64,000 nt of DNA, taken from sequence record NC_023568.1. The stretch is one strand, 5' to 3'. This document shows positions 27,893 to 36,443 of this stretch, piece by piece. The notes under the pieces were generated by a model. That model made no database searches. It was not told where the DNA came from and saw nothing but the letters and a program-made list of their open reading frames with translations. The translations under genes were made by a program, and so were the position numbers. Within the stretch, counting starts at the first letter, position 1; every line of letters begins with the position of its first letter.

Positions 27893-28354
27893 ATGAAGTT
27901 CGCATTGTTAAGCTTGGCAATAATGCCATTGATTGCGAACGCACACGTACACGATGATTGGATGACTGTTCATCGTGTTGATGTTCGCACACATGAGCCA
28001 ATACACACTGCAAGCACGAACTCAGTCAATCGTCTTGCTGTGCTCACAATTGACTGTGATAAAGCAATCACGTTGTATGAAACGAGAGCATACCTGACCG
28101 CTGCAAAACCGGACGAAATCTGGTATTCACTAGATGGGAACCCATACGTGCGAGTCGAGAGTAATCAGTTACAACAACAATCATCTGTCACGACTTATCT
28201 TGGTAATAGTGATGATGTTATCGATACGCTCAAAACAGGAAATATGCTCGAATATGTTGTAAACAACGGGCACGGTGTGTCATACTCGTATCATTTTAGT
28301 CTACACGGCATGAATGATGCATATGACGCACTCGGTGAATTATGCAAGTGGTAA
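27893..28354 (+). CDS. putative secreted/periplasmic protein
   Basis: signal-peptide-like MKFALLSLAIMPLIANA. Confidence 0.6.
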   Translation: MKFALLSLAIMPLIANAHVHDDWMTVHRVDVRTHEPIHTASTNSVNRLAVLTIDCDKAITLYETRAYLTAAKPDEIWYSLDGNPYVRVESNQLQQQSSVTTYLGNSDDVIDTLKTGNMLEYVVNNGHGVSYSYHFSLHGMNDAYDALGELCKW

Positions 28355-28358
28355 CAAA

Positions 28359-28874
28359 ATGAAAGTTATATTCTTGGACATAGACGGCGTTCTAAACAAC
28401 GCTTTAGAAGTCGATGAGCACATGGACGTGCTATTGAATGGCGAGTATCAAGGGATTTATTCGCCTCGATGCGTCGACCGTTTAAATGATCTCATTAAAA
28501 GAACTGACGCACGCATTGTGCTTACAAGTGTGTGGCGTTGTGGTCTTAGTATCGATGAGATCAATACAGTGCTTAATGATATGGGTGTTAATGGTGAATG
28601 TATCGGCAAAACAGATATGCTCGACCATCAATACTCATGGGCTTTTCGTGGTAATGAGATTCTTAAATGGATTCAAGACAATGAAGAGTTGCTTGGTAAG
28701 CGATACGACTTTCGAAGCTATGTCATCTTAGATGATGACACTGATATGTTGTTATGGCAACGTCATAACTATGTAAACTGCGACCCAGAGATCGGTATGA
28801 CGGATCGAGTAGTCGCAAAAGCTGCTGCAATACTTAATAACGCAATTTGTTCTGATGCAGGTCAAGAGTTTTAA
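28359..28874 (+). CDS. HAD-superfamily phosphatase (Swiss-army-knife RNA repair type)
   Basis: IFLDIDGVLN, IVLTSVWR, YVILDDD. Confidence 0.82.
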   Translation: MKVIFLDIDGVLNNALEVDEHMDVLLNGEYQGIYSPRCVDRLNDLIKRTDARIVLTSVWRCGLSIDEINTVLNDMGVNGECIGKTDMLDHQYSWAFRGNEILKWIQDNEELLGKRYDFRSYVILDDDTDMLLWQRHNYVNCDPEIGMTDRVVAKAAAILNNAICSDAGQEF

Positions 28875-28943
28875 AGTATTTGACACAAACAACAATAGAT
28901 GTAATAATCTAATCTCAATCAATGACAAAATGGGGAGCCCAAT

Positions 28944-29969
28944 ATGTCACACGCAATCTTTATCGGACGCTTTCGTCCATTCCACAACGGTCATCTATCT
29001 GCAATCACACAAGCATTCGACGCGCTTGACCTAGACAAGATGACTATCTTAATCGGTAGCTCTAATCGACATCGTTCAGTTAAAAACCCTTTCACGTTCG
29101 AAGAAGTACGCGATATGATGGGTGTTGCTTTACCTGACGATATTCGAAGCAAAGTTCGCTTTGTACCACTAGGTGATTACGCGAAAGACGACGTTTGGCA
29201 GTCAAATGTTCGTGCTAGTACGAAAGGCGCCACTCACATCGTTGGTTACGACAAAGACGAAAGCAGCTACTATCTCAAGCTATTCCCTGAGCTAAAACTA
29301 TTTCAACCTGAACCAGTGAAGATGTATAACAGAGTTATCTCTGCAACTGACTTCAGAGAACTGTACTTCAGCGAGATTCTACTGAATCACCCTGTAATGT
29401 CTGGTCTGATTCCCAAGCAAACAATGATGTTTCTTGACGATTGGAGCAAAACAGAGCATTTCACTGAAATGAAAGCTGAATACGATAGCTCAGTGCGCGA
29501 AATCGAGAAGTTTAAAGATTATCCCTACCAAGGTCACTTGAATATCGCGTGTGCTGACAGCGTTGTGATGTGTGCAGGTCATGTTCTTCTTGTCGAGCGT
29601 AAGTTCAACCCAGGCAAAGGCTGTTTAGCATTACCTGGCGGTCATAAGCATGAGAAAGAAACATTCTTAACTGCTGCGATTCGTGAACTACAAGAAGAAA
29701 CTAACATCAAAGTCCCAGAGAAAGTCTTGCGTGGCTCGCTCAAAGATGAGAAGATGTTCGATAACCCAAATCGCTCTTACCCACACACTCGCATCACAAT
29801 GGCATATCACTTCAAAGTGCAGCCAAACCCTGACAACACTTTCCCGAAAGTGAAACCAGCCGATGATGCTGTGTCTGCAAAATGGTATTCGTTGAGCGAA
29901 GTAATGGACATGCAAGAACGTTTGTATGACGATCACTACCAAATCATTCAGTATTTCACTGGCATCTAA
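28944..29969 (+). CDS. natV: bifunctional NMN adenylyltransferase/ADP-ribose pyrophosphatase (NadM-Nudix)
   Basis: GRFRPFHNGH, ISATDFR; Nudix box G...E.....A.RELQEET. Confidence 0.9.
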   Translation: MSHAIFIGRFRPFHNGHLSAITQAFDALDLDKMTILIGSSNRHRSVKNPFTFEEVRDMMGVALPDDIRSKVRFVPLGDYAKDDVWQSNVRASTKGATHIVGYDKDESSYYLKLFPELKLFQPEPVKMYNRVISATDFRELYFSEILLNHPVMSGLIPKQTMMFLDDWSKTEHFTEMKAEYDSSVREIEKFKDYPYQGHLNIACADSVVMCAGHVLLVERKFNPGKGCLALPGGHKHEKETFLTAAIRELQEETNIKVPEKVLRGSLKDEKMFDNPNRSYPHTRITMAYHFKVQPNPDNTFPKVKPADDAVSAKWYSLSEVMDMQERLYDDHYQIIQYFTGI

Positions 29970-29974
29970 CTAAT

Positions 29975-29993
29975 GGGGCAGTAATGCCCCTTT
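29975..29993 (+). terminator. GNRA hairpin, weak terminator
   Basis: GGGGCA-GTAA-TGCCCCTTT. Confidence 0.55.
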
Positions 29994-30005
29994 GAGGAAA
30001 TTAAT

Positions 30006-30278
30006 ATGAGCATTAAACAATTAGCAAAAACTGAAGTAAACAATTACAACACTGCATACGTAGATGTATACAAAATTCGTGAAGATATGATTGCAAAGTA
30101 CTCTGCTGCTCGTGCATGTGTTGAACGCGGCGATGGTACTATGAAAAACTGTACATTACGTCGTGAAATCTGTCGCGCTCTTGATAATTCTAGTGATTGG
30201 AATAAAGTTGCTAAGACTGATTCTGGTCGTCTATTGTATCAACGAGTGAAAAGCAATTCACTAGAGAACTTTGTATGA
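30006..30278 (+). CDS. hypothetical protein
   Basis: GAGG RBS. Confidence 0.65.
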   Translation: MSIKQLAKTEVNNYNTAYVDVYKIREDMIAKYSAARACVERGDGTMKNCTLRREICRALDNSSDWNKVAKTDSGRLLYQRVKSNSLENFV

Positions 30279-30625
30279 ACGCATACCGAATCAACACATC
30301 AATCGAAGATCTAGCAATAGTAAAAGGCGATTTGTTTGTTCAAAGTCCATTCAATGAACATGAATATAAAATGGCTCGTCAACCTCAACGACCACCAATG
30401 CATATCGACTTGATTACTCAGTTTCATCATCTTTATAATGAAACGACTGCTGCTGATGACGAAATCGCTGAATTGGTTCTAGAATGGAAGAATCAATACA
30501 AAACACGAACCGAAGCTTTGAATATGTTTCGCCAATCACTGCTCGAACAGCGCCAATCGATTGATGAACAAATCAAACAAACTACATCTACCATTGAACA
30601 ATTACGTGAAAAGTTCGGAGAGTAA
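30275..30625 (+). CDS. hypothetical coiled-coil protein
   Basis: coupled ORF. Confidence 0.65.
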   Translation: MNAYRINTSIEDLAIVKGDLFVQSPFNEHEYKMARQPQRPPMHIDLITQFHHLYNETTAADDEIAELVLEWKNQYKTRTEALNMFRQSLLEQRQSIDEQIKQTTSTIEQLREKFGE

Positions 30626-30626
30626 T

Positions 30627-31253
30627 ATGCACGCATATGACTTAGTAAGAAAAATGCAAAAGGTTGTTGAGTCTTGCGAGACAATTGAACAACTACGCAA
30701 TGCAAGAAAGTACCTCATGCGCTGTCAAGACTATGCACTCGATGGTGGCAATGATAGCTACATCACTACTATCATGGTTGAAGTTCAAGACCTCGATGAG
30801 CGAATCACAAATAAGATTGTTGAGCTTTCTGATACTCGTGGCATGAACGCTATCGAAACTGGTGTTATCAAAGTCGGCATCGATATTCATGGCGTAATTG
30901 ATCAATCACCAGAGTTCTTCGCGCTGTTAAGCAAACTACCAGTTGAAGTGCATATCATCACTGGCATTAAAGAAGAACTCGATACTGATGTACCAGATGA
31001 CTTAGAATATGATCACTGGTTTAGCATTCATCAATCATGTGAAGACGACGGCGTTGAAATCTTGTACGACGAGAAAGGTCGCCCATGGGTCGATGACGAA
31101 ATCTGGAACAACAAGAAAGCTGAATACTGCCGTGAGAATCAAATCAATATCATGATCGATGACTCACCAACGTATGCTAGATCCTTCGAAGGTCTTGATA
31201 CTTTCTATCTACAACTAACCAATACTGTTCGTGATGAATGGAGACGCAAATGA
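30627..31253 (+). CDS. HAD-like phosphatase domain protein
   Basis: GIDIHGVID, IITG, K...C, MIDDSP in C-terminal half. Confidence 0.6.
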   Translation: MHAYDLVRKMQKVVESCETIEQLRNARKYLMRCQDYALDGGNDSYITTIMVEVQDLDERITNKIVELSDTRGMNAIETGVIKVGIDIHGVIDQSPEFFALLSKLPVEVHIITGIKEELDTDVPDDLEYDHWFSIHQSCEDDGVEILYDEKGRPWVDDEIWNNKKAEYCRENQINIMIDDSPTYARSFEGLDTFYLQLTNTVRDEWRRK

Positions 31254-31435
31254 GAAATTACGGCATTATAGACCGAGAAGGCAGATATCTACTTGTGCTA
31301 GACATTGACAATGAGATAAAAGTCATGGCAATCTTTTCTGAAATCGAAGATGCAAATCGTGTGCTGTACAAATATGATTTCGATAAGCAAGGCTTTCGCG
31401 TAATTGAACTACAACCATTGGAAAAGAAACTATGA
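31250..31435 (+). CDS. hypothetical protein
   Basis: coupled ORF. Confidence 0.55.
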   Translation: MRNYGIIDREGRYLLVLDIDNEIKVMAIFSEIEDANRVLYKYDFDKQGFRVIELQPLEKKL

Positions 31436-31647
31436 ACGTATCAAATGTAATGTCACAACACGCTGAAATTCAAGATGCACTTATTGCTATGCTCGACGAT
31501 GAGTTCAACGGCAAAGGTCATATCGAATATGCAGATTACTTCGATGACGAACAACTATGGGAAGTGCAATACTTCGATGGTGAAACAGTACAAGAAGTCA
31601 TTGTAACTACAGTCGCGCTCGAAAAATGGATGCATAATAACAAATGA
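31432..31647 (+). CDS. acidic hypothetical protein
   Basis: coupled ORF; weak similarity to next ORF. Confidence 0.6.
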   Translation: MNVSNVMSQHAEIQDALIAMLDDEFNGKGHIEYADYFDDEQLWEVQYFDGETVQEVIVTTVALEKWMHNNK

Positions 31648-31856
31648 TACATGACATTATCATCGAACATCGTCGCATCATGAACATAGTCACTGAGTTG
31701 TGCCAACTCAAATCATATGAATTCATTGATGACATCGAGTACGATGAAGACAAACAAATATTCTATGTCACTATCGCTGAAGAAACTCAAAACGGCACTG
31801 AATACATAGAATGTAAAATCACTCTGCAACTAGTAGAAAACTACTATAAGGCTTGA
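31644..31856 (+). CDS. acidic hypothetical protein
   Basis: coupled ORF. Confidence 0.6.
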   Translation: MIHDIIIEHRRIMNIVTELCQLKSYEFIDDIEYDEDKQIFYVTIAEETQNGTEYIECKITLQLVENYYKA

Positions 31857-32031
31857 CAATGAAATTACCAGAATACTTACAACACATCAAAGTAAACGAA
31901 AACGTAATTACAGTAGACTCAGCACGCGATAAAGCTTTGGTCATCGATTACCTACAATCAATCAAAGCACGATTCCATACTGTACAAAAGACAGTTAGCC
32001 GCTGCGAAATTCACGTCAAGAGAGCTTAATC

Positions 32032-32391
32032 ATGAAAGAACTACTTAAAACAATGAAAGAAACTGAAGAAGCCATCGCAGCGAAGTTTGGTCTAGACCAT
32101 CTATGGCACGGACTAGTAGACTGCACCGATGTGCTATTCACATGCGATCTAGTAACTGACGACGTGAAAGACATGCATACCGTCATTAATCAAATACGTG
32201 AGTTCCAATACGGCTTTGAAGACGCTAATGCATTAGAAGAAGGCGATTGCTATGCAGTAGAAGTTTACGGCACAAGCGTGTGGCTATCAACTGATAACAA
32301 ATACATGTTGACTACTGCCGATGACGGTAGTGGCAATAGAGACTTCTATATCTTCGATATGAATAATCTCAGATCATATGAATTATATTAA
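32032..32391 (+). CDS. hypothetical protein
   Basis: 119 aa ORF. Confidence 0.65.
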   Translation: MKELLKTMKETEEAIAAKFGLDHLWHGLVDCTDVLFTCDLVTDDVKDMHTVINQIREFQYGFEDANALEEGDCYAVEVYGTSVWLSTDNKYMLTTADDGSGNRDFYIFDMNNLRSYELY

Positions 32392-32393
32392 AG

Positions 32394-32463
32394 AAAAGGG
32401 TTGACAGTTGTCAGCCCTTTCGCGTATCATACACATATCAAATCAAGAAAGGAAAACATTATG
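32394..32463 (+). promoter_or_regulatory. terminator hairpin fused to early promoter (PeSL-like)
   Basis: AAAAGGGTTGACA-GT-TGTCAGCCCTTT then TATCAT. Confidence 0.75.
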
Positions 32464-32634
32464 ATTGGACTATCTATTATCATCGCAGTATTCAGCGTCG
32501 TGCTAATGATAGACTCACACGAGCAAATCATGTCTAAAGAATACAGAAACTTTGTCTTGATATTCAATGCCATTTGCTGTATAGTCAATCTAGCTAACAT
32601 GATTGTGATTCACAAATACGGAGTAACACTATGA
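32461..32634 (+). CDS. small membrane protein
   Basis: two hydrophobic stretches; AAGGA RBS. Confidence 0.6.
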   Translation: MIGLSIIIAVFSVVLMIDSHEQIMSKEYRNFVLIFNAICCIVNLANMIVIHKYGVTL

Positions 32635-32795
32635 GCTTGACAATACTACTAATGACACTTCTATGCTGTGCAATACTCACTGGCATGAGTATCTTCAGCT
32701 TCATTAACAAACCTAGATTCGTGAAACTAGTAATCACTGCTGTTCTAGGCTTTGTCTCGTATGTTCTACTACACGTAACGGCAGGCGCAATATGA
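32631..32795 (+). CDS. small membrane protein (54 aa)
   Basis: read manually; two hydrophobic stretches, coupled on both sides. Confidence 0.55.
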   Translation: MSLTILLMTLLCCAILTGMSIFSFINKPRFVKLVITAVLGFVSYVLLHVTAGAI

Positions 32796-33007
32796 ATCAA
32801 ACTATCAAAGCAATATGCATAGACAATACTTCAACTCGTATCGATAAACCAGAACCACCAAGCGGCATTACTCTAGGCAAAGAATATGTCGTTCACATGT
32901 ATAACGTAAACGAACATACAAATAAACCACCTATGATTCGTATTACTAATGACAACAACCAACGAGCAAGCTATGTCGCTGCACGCTTTAATCTATCAAT
33001 AGGATAA
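32792..33007 (+). CDS. hypothetical protein
   Basis: 71 aa coupled ORF. Confidence 0.6.
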   Translation: MNQTIKAICIDNTSTRIDKPEPPSGITLGKEYVVHMYNVNEHTNKPPMIRITNDNNQRASYVAARFNLSIG

Positions 33008-33011
33008 ACTC

Positions 33012-33179
33012 ATGTTCGCACTATCAATCTTAATTCTGATTCTCACTACATATCTGTTTGTAACCGATAAATCAAAACGAACAGTTCCATTCGTGGCTCT
33101 GCTAATAACAACTGCGTTTAACTGTATCATTCAGTATTACCTAATTGATATTCTATCATTGAGCTTTAAACTATCGTAA
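33012..33179 (+). CDS. small membrane protein (55 aa)
   Basis: read manually; AGGA RBS; hydrophobic. Confidence 0.5.
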   Translation: MFALSILILILTTYLFVTDKSKRTVPFVALLITTAFNCIIQYYLIDILSLSFKLS

Positions 33180-33295
33180 TGCAAACACTAATCAATCTAC
33201 TAAACGATATACCTATCGGCTACCTCATGCTTGTTCTATGTGCTCTAGCAGCTATAGCCGGTTGGTGCCTGAGCGATATATCAAACGATGACTAA
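33179..33295 (+). CDS. small membrane peptide (38 aa)
   Basis: read manually; TAATG overlap; one TM. Confidence 0.45.
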   Translation: MQTLINLLNDIPIGYLMLVLCALAAIAGWCLSDISNDD

Positions 33296-33386
33296 AAACG
33301 CTTAGAATCGCTCTCACAGCGTCTCAGAGCATGGTACAGATACGATTGTTTTTAATATATCGCACCATGCCTCGTTTAAATGCACA

Positions 33387-33495
33387 TGTGTATAAATCTG
33401 TGGATAATATGTGTATGAGATTGTGCATAAGTGTCTGAAATCTGTGTATAAAAACATGATTTAGCTGTGCATAAGTCTGTGGATAATGTGGATAA
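33387..33495 (+). repeat. array of eight co-oriented DnaA boxes
   Basis: TGTGNATAA at 33387, 33399, 33422, 33443, 33466, 33478, 33487 and TGTGTATGA at 33410. Confidence 0.85.
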
Positions 33496-33602
33496 CTTTT
33501 TAGTGAAAAAATGGTGAAAGACTCATCGGCTCCTGTGTGGTACGCGGCAGTCTAAAACCTTACACCATTTATGAAAATCTAATTCGCTTCGCATCTTCTT
33601 GC

Positions 33603-33632
33603 TTGACAGCCAGCGGCATTATGTGAGAGAAT
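33603..33632 (+). promoter_or_regulatory. sigma70-type promoter
   Basis: TTGACA-N18-GAGAAT with TG extension. Confidence 0.5.
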
Positions 33633-33665
33633 GCAAAGAGATTTGAACTGCCTACGGAGGTAATT

Positions 33666-33812
33666 GTGATTACATTGGCGTTATTTTATATGAGTCGCGA
33701 CATGCAATACAGCGAGCGACCAAGTGACTTGTACCTTGGTACATGTATTTTAGACTTTGCATTAATCGCCACGATGTTCTGTGGTGTAATGATGTTCACT
33801 GGTAATTGGTAA
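33666..33812 (+). CDS. small membrane peptide (48 aa)
   Basis: read manually; GGAGG RBS, GTG start, TAATG overlap with next gene. Confidence 0.5.
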   Translation: MITLALFYMSRDMQYSERPSDLYLGTCILDFALIATMFCGVMMFTGNW

Positions 33813-34135
33813 TGTTGTTTAAGAATTACAGAGTGAATCGCCATGTTCGTGCTCGTGCTATAGAGTTATTGAATTGTGGTGAGTTGCATCGCGTGTATAC
33901 TTGTTTAGAGTTACATCGTGGTGTGAGTGACGAGATGGTTAGTTTGATTAAGCTTAAACTAAAGCATTTGCAGCGTATGTACGTACGGCAGAGTGATTTG
34001 CCGAATGATTTAGAAGATTGTTATTCTTTTATCTGTGCGTATCACCCGCCTTGTGAACATCGTAAGTTGCGTGAATATGAGCGTAAGTCGTGGTTGAAAT
34101 ACATCATAGAGAACATTAATAAGGTAAAGATATGA
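33812..34135 (+). CDS. hypothetical protein, YTC/RxxWL family
   Basis: RAIELL...YTC and RKSWLKYI motifs. Confidence 0.6.
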   Translation: MLFKNYRVNRHVRARAIELLNCGELHRVYTCLELHRGVSDEMVSLIKLKLKHLQRMYVRQSDLPNDLEDCYSFICAYHPPCEHRKLREYERKSWLKYIIENINKVKI

Positions 34136-34440
34136 AGAAGTACCGATTGGGTAATTTGTTGCGTGGTGGTTGGTCTGGTGAGTTTGCCAGTTTAGAAGAG
34201 GCGTGGGTTCAGTTAGGTTCGCGTTTTCTACTATCATTTCCGTGTGAGAAATGGGAGAAAGACATTGGTATGTCTATCAATGAAGATGGTGGTCGTACTG
34301 TGTATATGTATGTTCAAGAAGAGAACAAGTATGGTCAATTAGATTGGGCTTGTTGTAAGAACGGTGTGTTCTATATGAACGAACGAGTGCCAGTAACGGC
34401 AGACGATTACAAGCGTTGCAGTGATGTAGAATTTTTCTAA
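34132..34440 (+). CDS. hypothetical protein
   Basis: coupled ORF. Confidence 0.65.
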   Translation: MKKYRLGNLLRGGWSGEFASLEEAWVQLGSRFLLSFPCEKWEKDIGMSINEDGGRTVYMYVQEENKYGQLDWACCKNGVFYMNERVPVTADDYKRCSDVEFF

Positions 34441-34450
34441 GGGTTATAAG

Positions 34451-35059
34451 ATGAAACGAATTGAAAGACATAAGAAAGTAGTAGACAAGAAAGCGATTAT
34501 GCCGAGCGGTAGTATGGTACGAGTTGAGACGTACTACAACACATGGTCTGGTTATTTGAATTGCCTTGACTCGGGTGATGGTATACGTGGTATAGAGCAA
34601 CCGACTTATATGCTAGTATCTGACAATGGTGCTTTTTACTCAGTTGAAGAAGATAAAGTAAATGGTAACAAGCAGACACAGACAAAATACGATGGTCAGT
34701 TGGTACTTGTACATGCTCGATTGAAGTTGTCAGCGAAAGATTGGGATTGGTACCCTTGTAAGTGGAAGAGTGGTCGTCTTGTATATGCGTATAAAGAAAC
34801 TGATTTTGTCGATGAAGAGCACGAGCTAGTTGTCGGTGAGATACTAGACATTTATGCCGCAAGCGATAGTACATCGTCATATGCACATGACGCGACAGTT
34901 GTTGTATCACGTCCGACACAAATTGCTGTTGAGACGTATGGTAAACTAGTAGTGTTTACGGTTGGTTCTGATACAGATGAACTCGTATCTGATTGTGGTG
35001 ATTATCGTATTGATGGTCGATATGCTGCTAGTCAGTACGATGAAGAGCTTCATTCGTAA
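34451..35059 (+). CDS. hypothetical protein
   Basis: 202 aa ORF. Confidence 0.65.
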   Translation: MKRIERHKKVVDKKAIMPSGSMVRVETYYNTWSGYLNCLDSGDGIRGIEQPTYMLVSDNGAFYSVEEDKVNGNKQTQTKYDGQLVLVHARLKLSAKDWDWYPCKWKSGRLVYAYKETDFVDEEHELVVGEILDIYAASDSTSSYAHDATVVVSRPTQIAVETYGKLVVFTVGSDTDELVSDCGDYRIDGRYAASQYDEELHS

Positions 35060-35068
35060 AAGTTAAAG

Positions 35069-35096
35069 AAAAGGGTTGCGCTATGCAGCCCTTTTT
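35069..35096 (+). repeat. 28-bp direct repeat, left copy (hairpin plus -35)
   Basis: AAAAGGGTTGCGCTATGCAGCCCTTTTT, identical at 36050-36077. Confidence 0.95.
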
Positions 35097-35128
35097 TATA
35101 TTCTACAGTTTTTGAATTGGAGGATAAT

Positions 35129-36043
35129 ATGACTAGAATTAAATGGACACCTGAACGTCTTAAAGAAGATGCATTGAAATACAAGACTCGTACTGAATGG
35201 TGTAAAAACTCAAGTGGAGCGTACAATGCTGCTCGAAACCGTGGTTTATTAGATGAGTGTTGTGCTCATATGAAGTCAAGTCAGAGACCAAACGGATTTT
35301 GGAATTTAGAAACACTTCAAGAAGATGCATCCAAGTATAATTCTCGTTCTGAATGGGAGAAACGGTCTAGAAGTGCATATTATGCTGCTCAAAGGCGTGG
35401 TTTATTAGATGAGTGTTGTGCTCATATGAAGCCATCGACTAAAACGTTGATTAATCGTTGTATATACCGAATCTATGCTGGCAACGAGATTTACATTGGT
35501 CTAACTTATGATGTTGATGTTCGTTTCCGTGAACATAAAACAAAAACAAAGAAAATTATCAAGTTGATTGAGCGTCATGGTATTGATAATGTGAAGTTCG
35601 AGCAAATAACTGATTACATGGACCAAGAACTCGCTCAGATTGCTGAGGCAGAACACATAGAGAGTTATAGAAACAATGATTGGGTTATTTTAAACCGTGC
35701 AAAAGCTGGGGCGTTAGGGAAAGCTAGATTGAAATGGAATTTAGAAACACTTCAAGAAGATGCATCCAAGTATAATTCTCGTTCTGAATGGGAGAAACGG
35801 TCTAGAAGTGCATATTACATCGCTCAGAAAAGAGGTCTCCTTGATGAGTGCTGTGCTCATATGACACGATTGAAAAGACCAAACGGATTTTGGAATTTAG
35901 AAACACTTAAAGAAGATGCATCCGTTTACAAGACTCGTAATGAATGGCGAACAAAATCAAGTAATGCTTATAGCGCAGCTAAGCGACTGGGATTAATTGA
36001 TGAGTGCTGCGGTCATATGCCGAAAAGAGCCAAGCGAAAATAA
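35129..36043 (+). mobile_element. free-standing GIY-YIG homing endonuclease with repeated DNA-binding modules
   Basis: CIYRIY..NEIYIGLT..V..RF.EH core plus E and N motifs; four W..E.L.EDA..Y..R.EW...S..AY..A...GL.DECC.HM modules. Confidence 0.85.
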
Positions 36044-36049
36044 TTTAAT

Positions 36050-36124
36050 AAAAGGGTTGCGCTATGCAGCCCTTTTTAGTATTATAGCTTTATCGAAACG
36101 ACAACGACTAGAGAGAATATTATG
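36050..36124 (+). promoter_or_regulatory. PeSL-like cassette containing right copy of the 28-bp repeat
   Basis: hairpin, TTGCGC-N17-TATTAT, ATCGAAACGA, GAGAGAATATTATG. Confidence 0.85.
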
Positions 36125-36439
36125 CAAATCATCAACGAAACTAAGTCATTTACTGTTTCACGTCACCCGCGTGGTGGTATGCGCCATGAGCTTGATAAAA
36201 GCATGTACGCGAAGAACGGTAATGCTTTGTCTTCAGTTCGCATTTATCTAGCTGCTGAGTACGGTATGATTGAAGGTCAAGACTACACAATTGACAGTGG
36301 TATGACTTATACTCTGCTACGTATTGAGCGCATTAACGATATTAATGCCAAGAATAATTTCTTTCAAGTCGGCGAATACTACGATTTAGACATCGATTTT
36401 GCTTCTAACACTGTACGTATGTACCAAGATAAGGGATAA
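36122..36439 (+). CDS. hypothetical early protein
   Basis: 105 aa after cassette. Confidence 0.7.
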   Translation: MQIINETKSFTVSRHPRGGMRHELDKSMYAKNGNALSSVRIYLAAEYGMIEGQDYTIDSGMTYTLLRIERINDINAKNNFFQVGEYYDLDIDFASNTVRMYQDKG

Positions 36440-36443
36440 AACT

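Noticed and set aside
33391-33398. Late promoter TATAAATC
   Set aside because: It is a by-product of a TGTGTATAA box, with no gene start nearby
33387-33495. CRISPR array or simple tandem repeat
   Set aside because: Units are 9 bp with 0-14 bp irregular spacers and no cas genes; the unit matches the DnaA consensus
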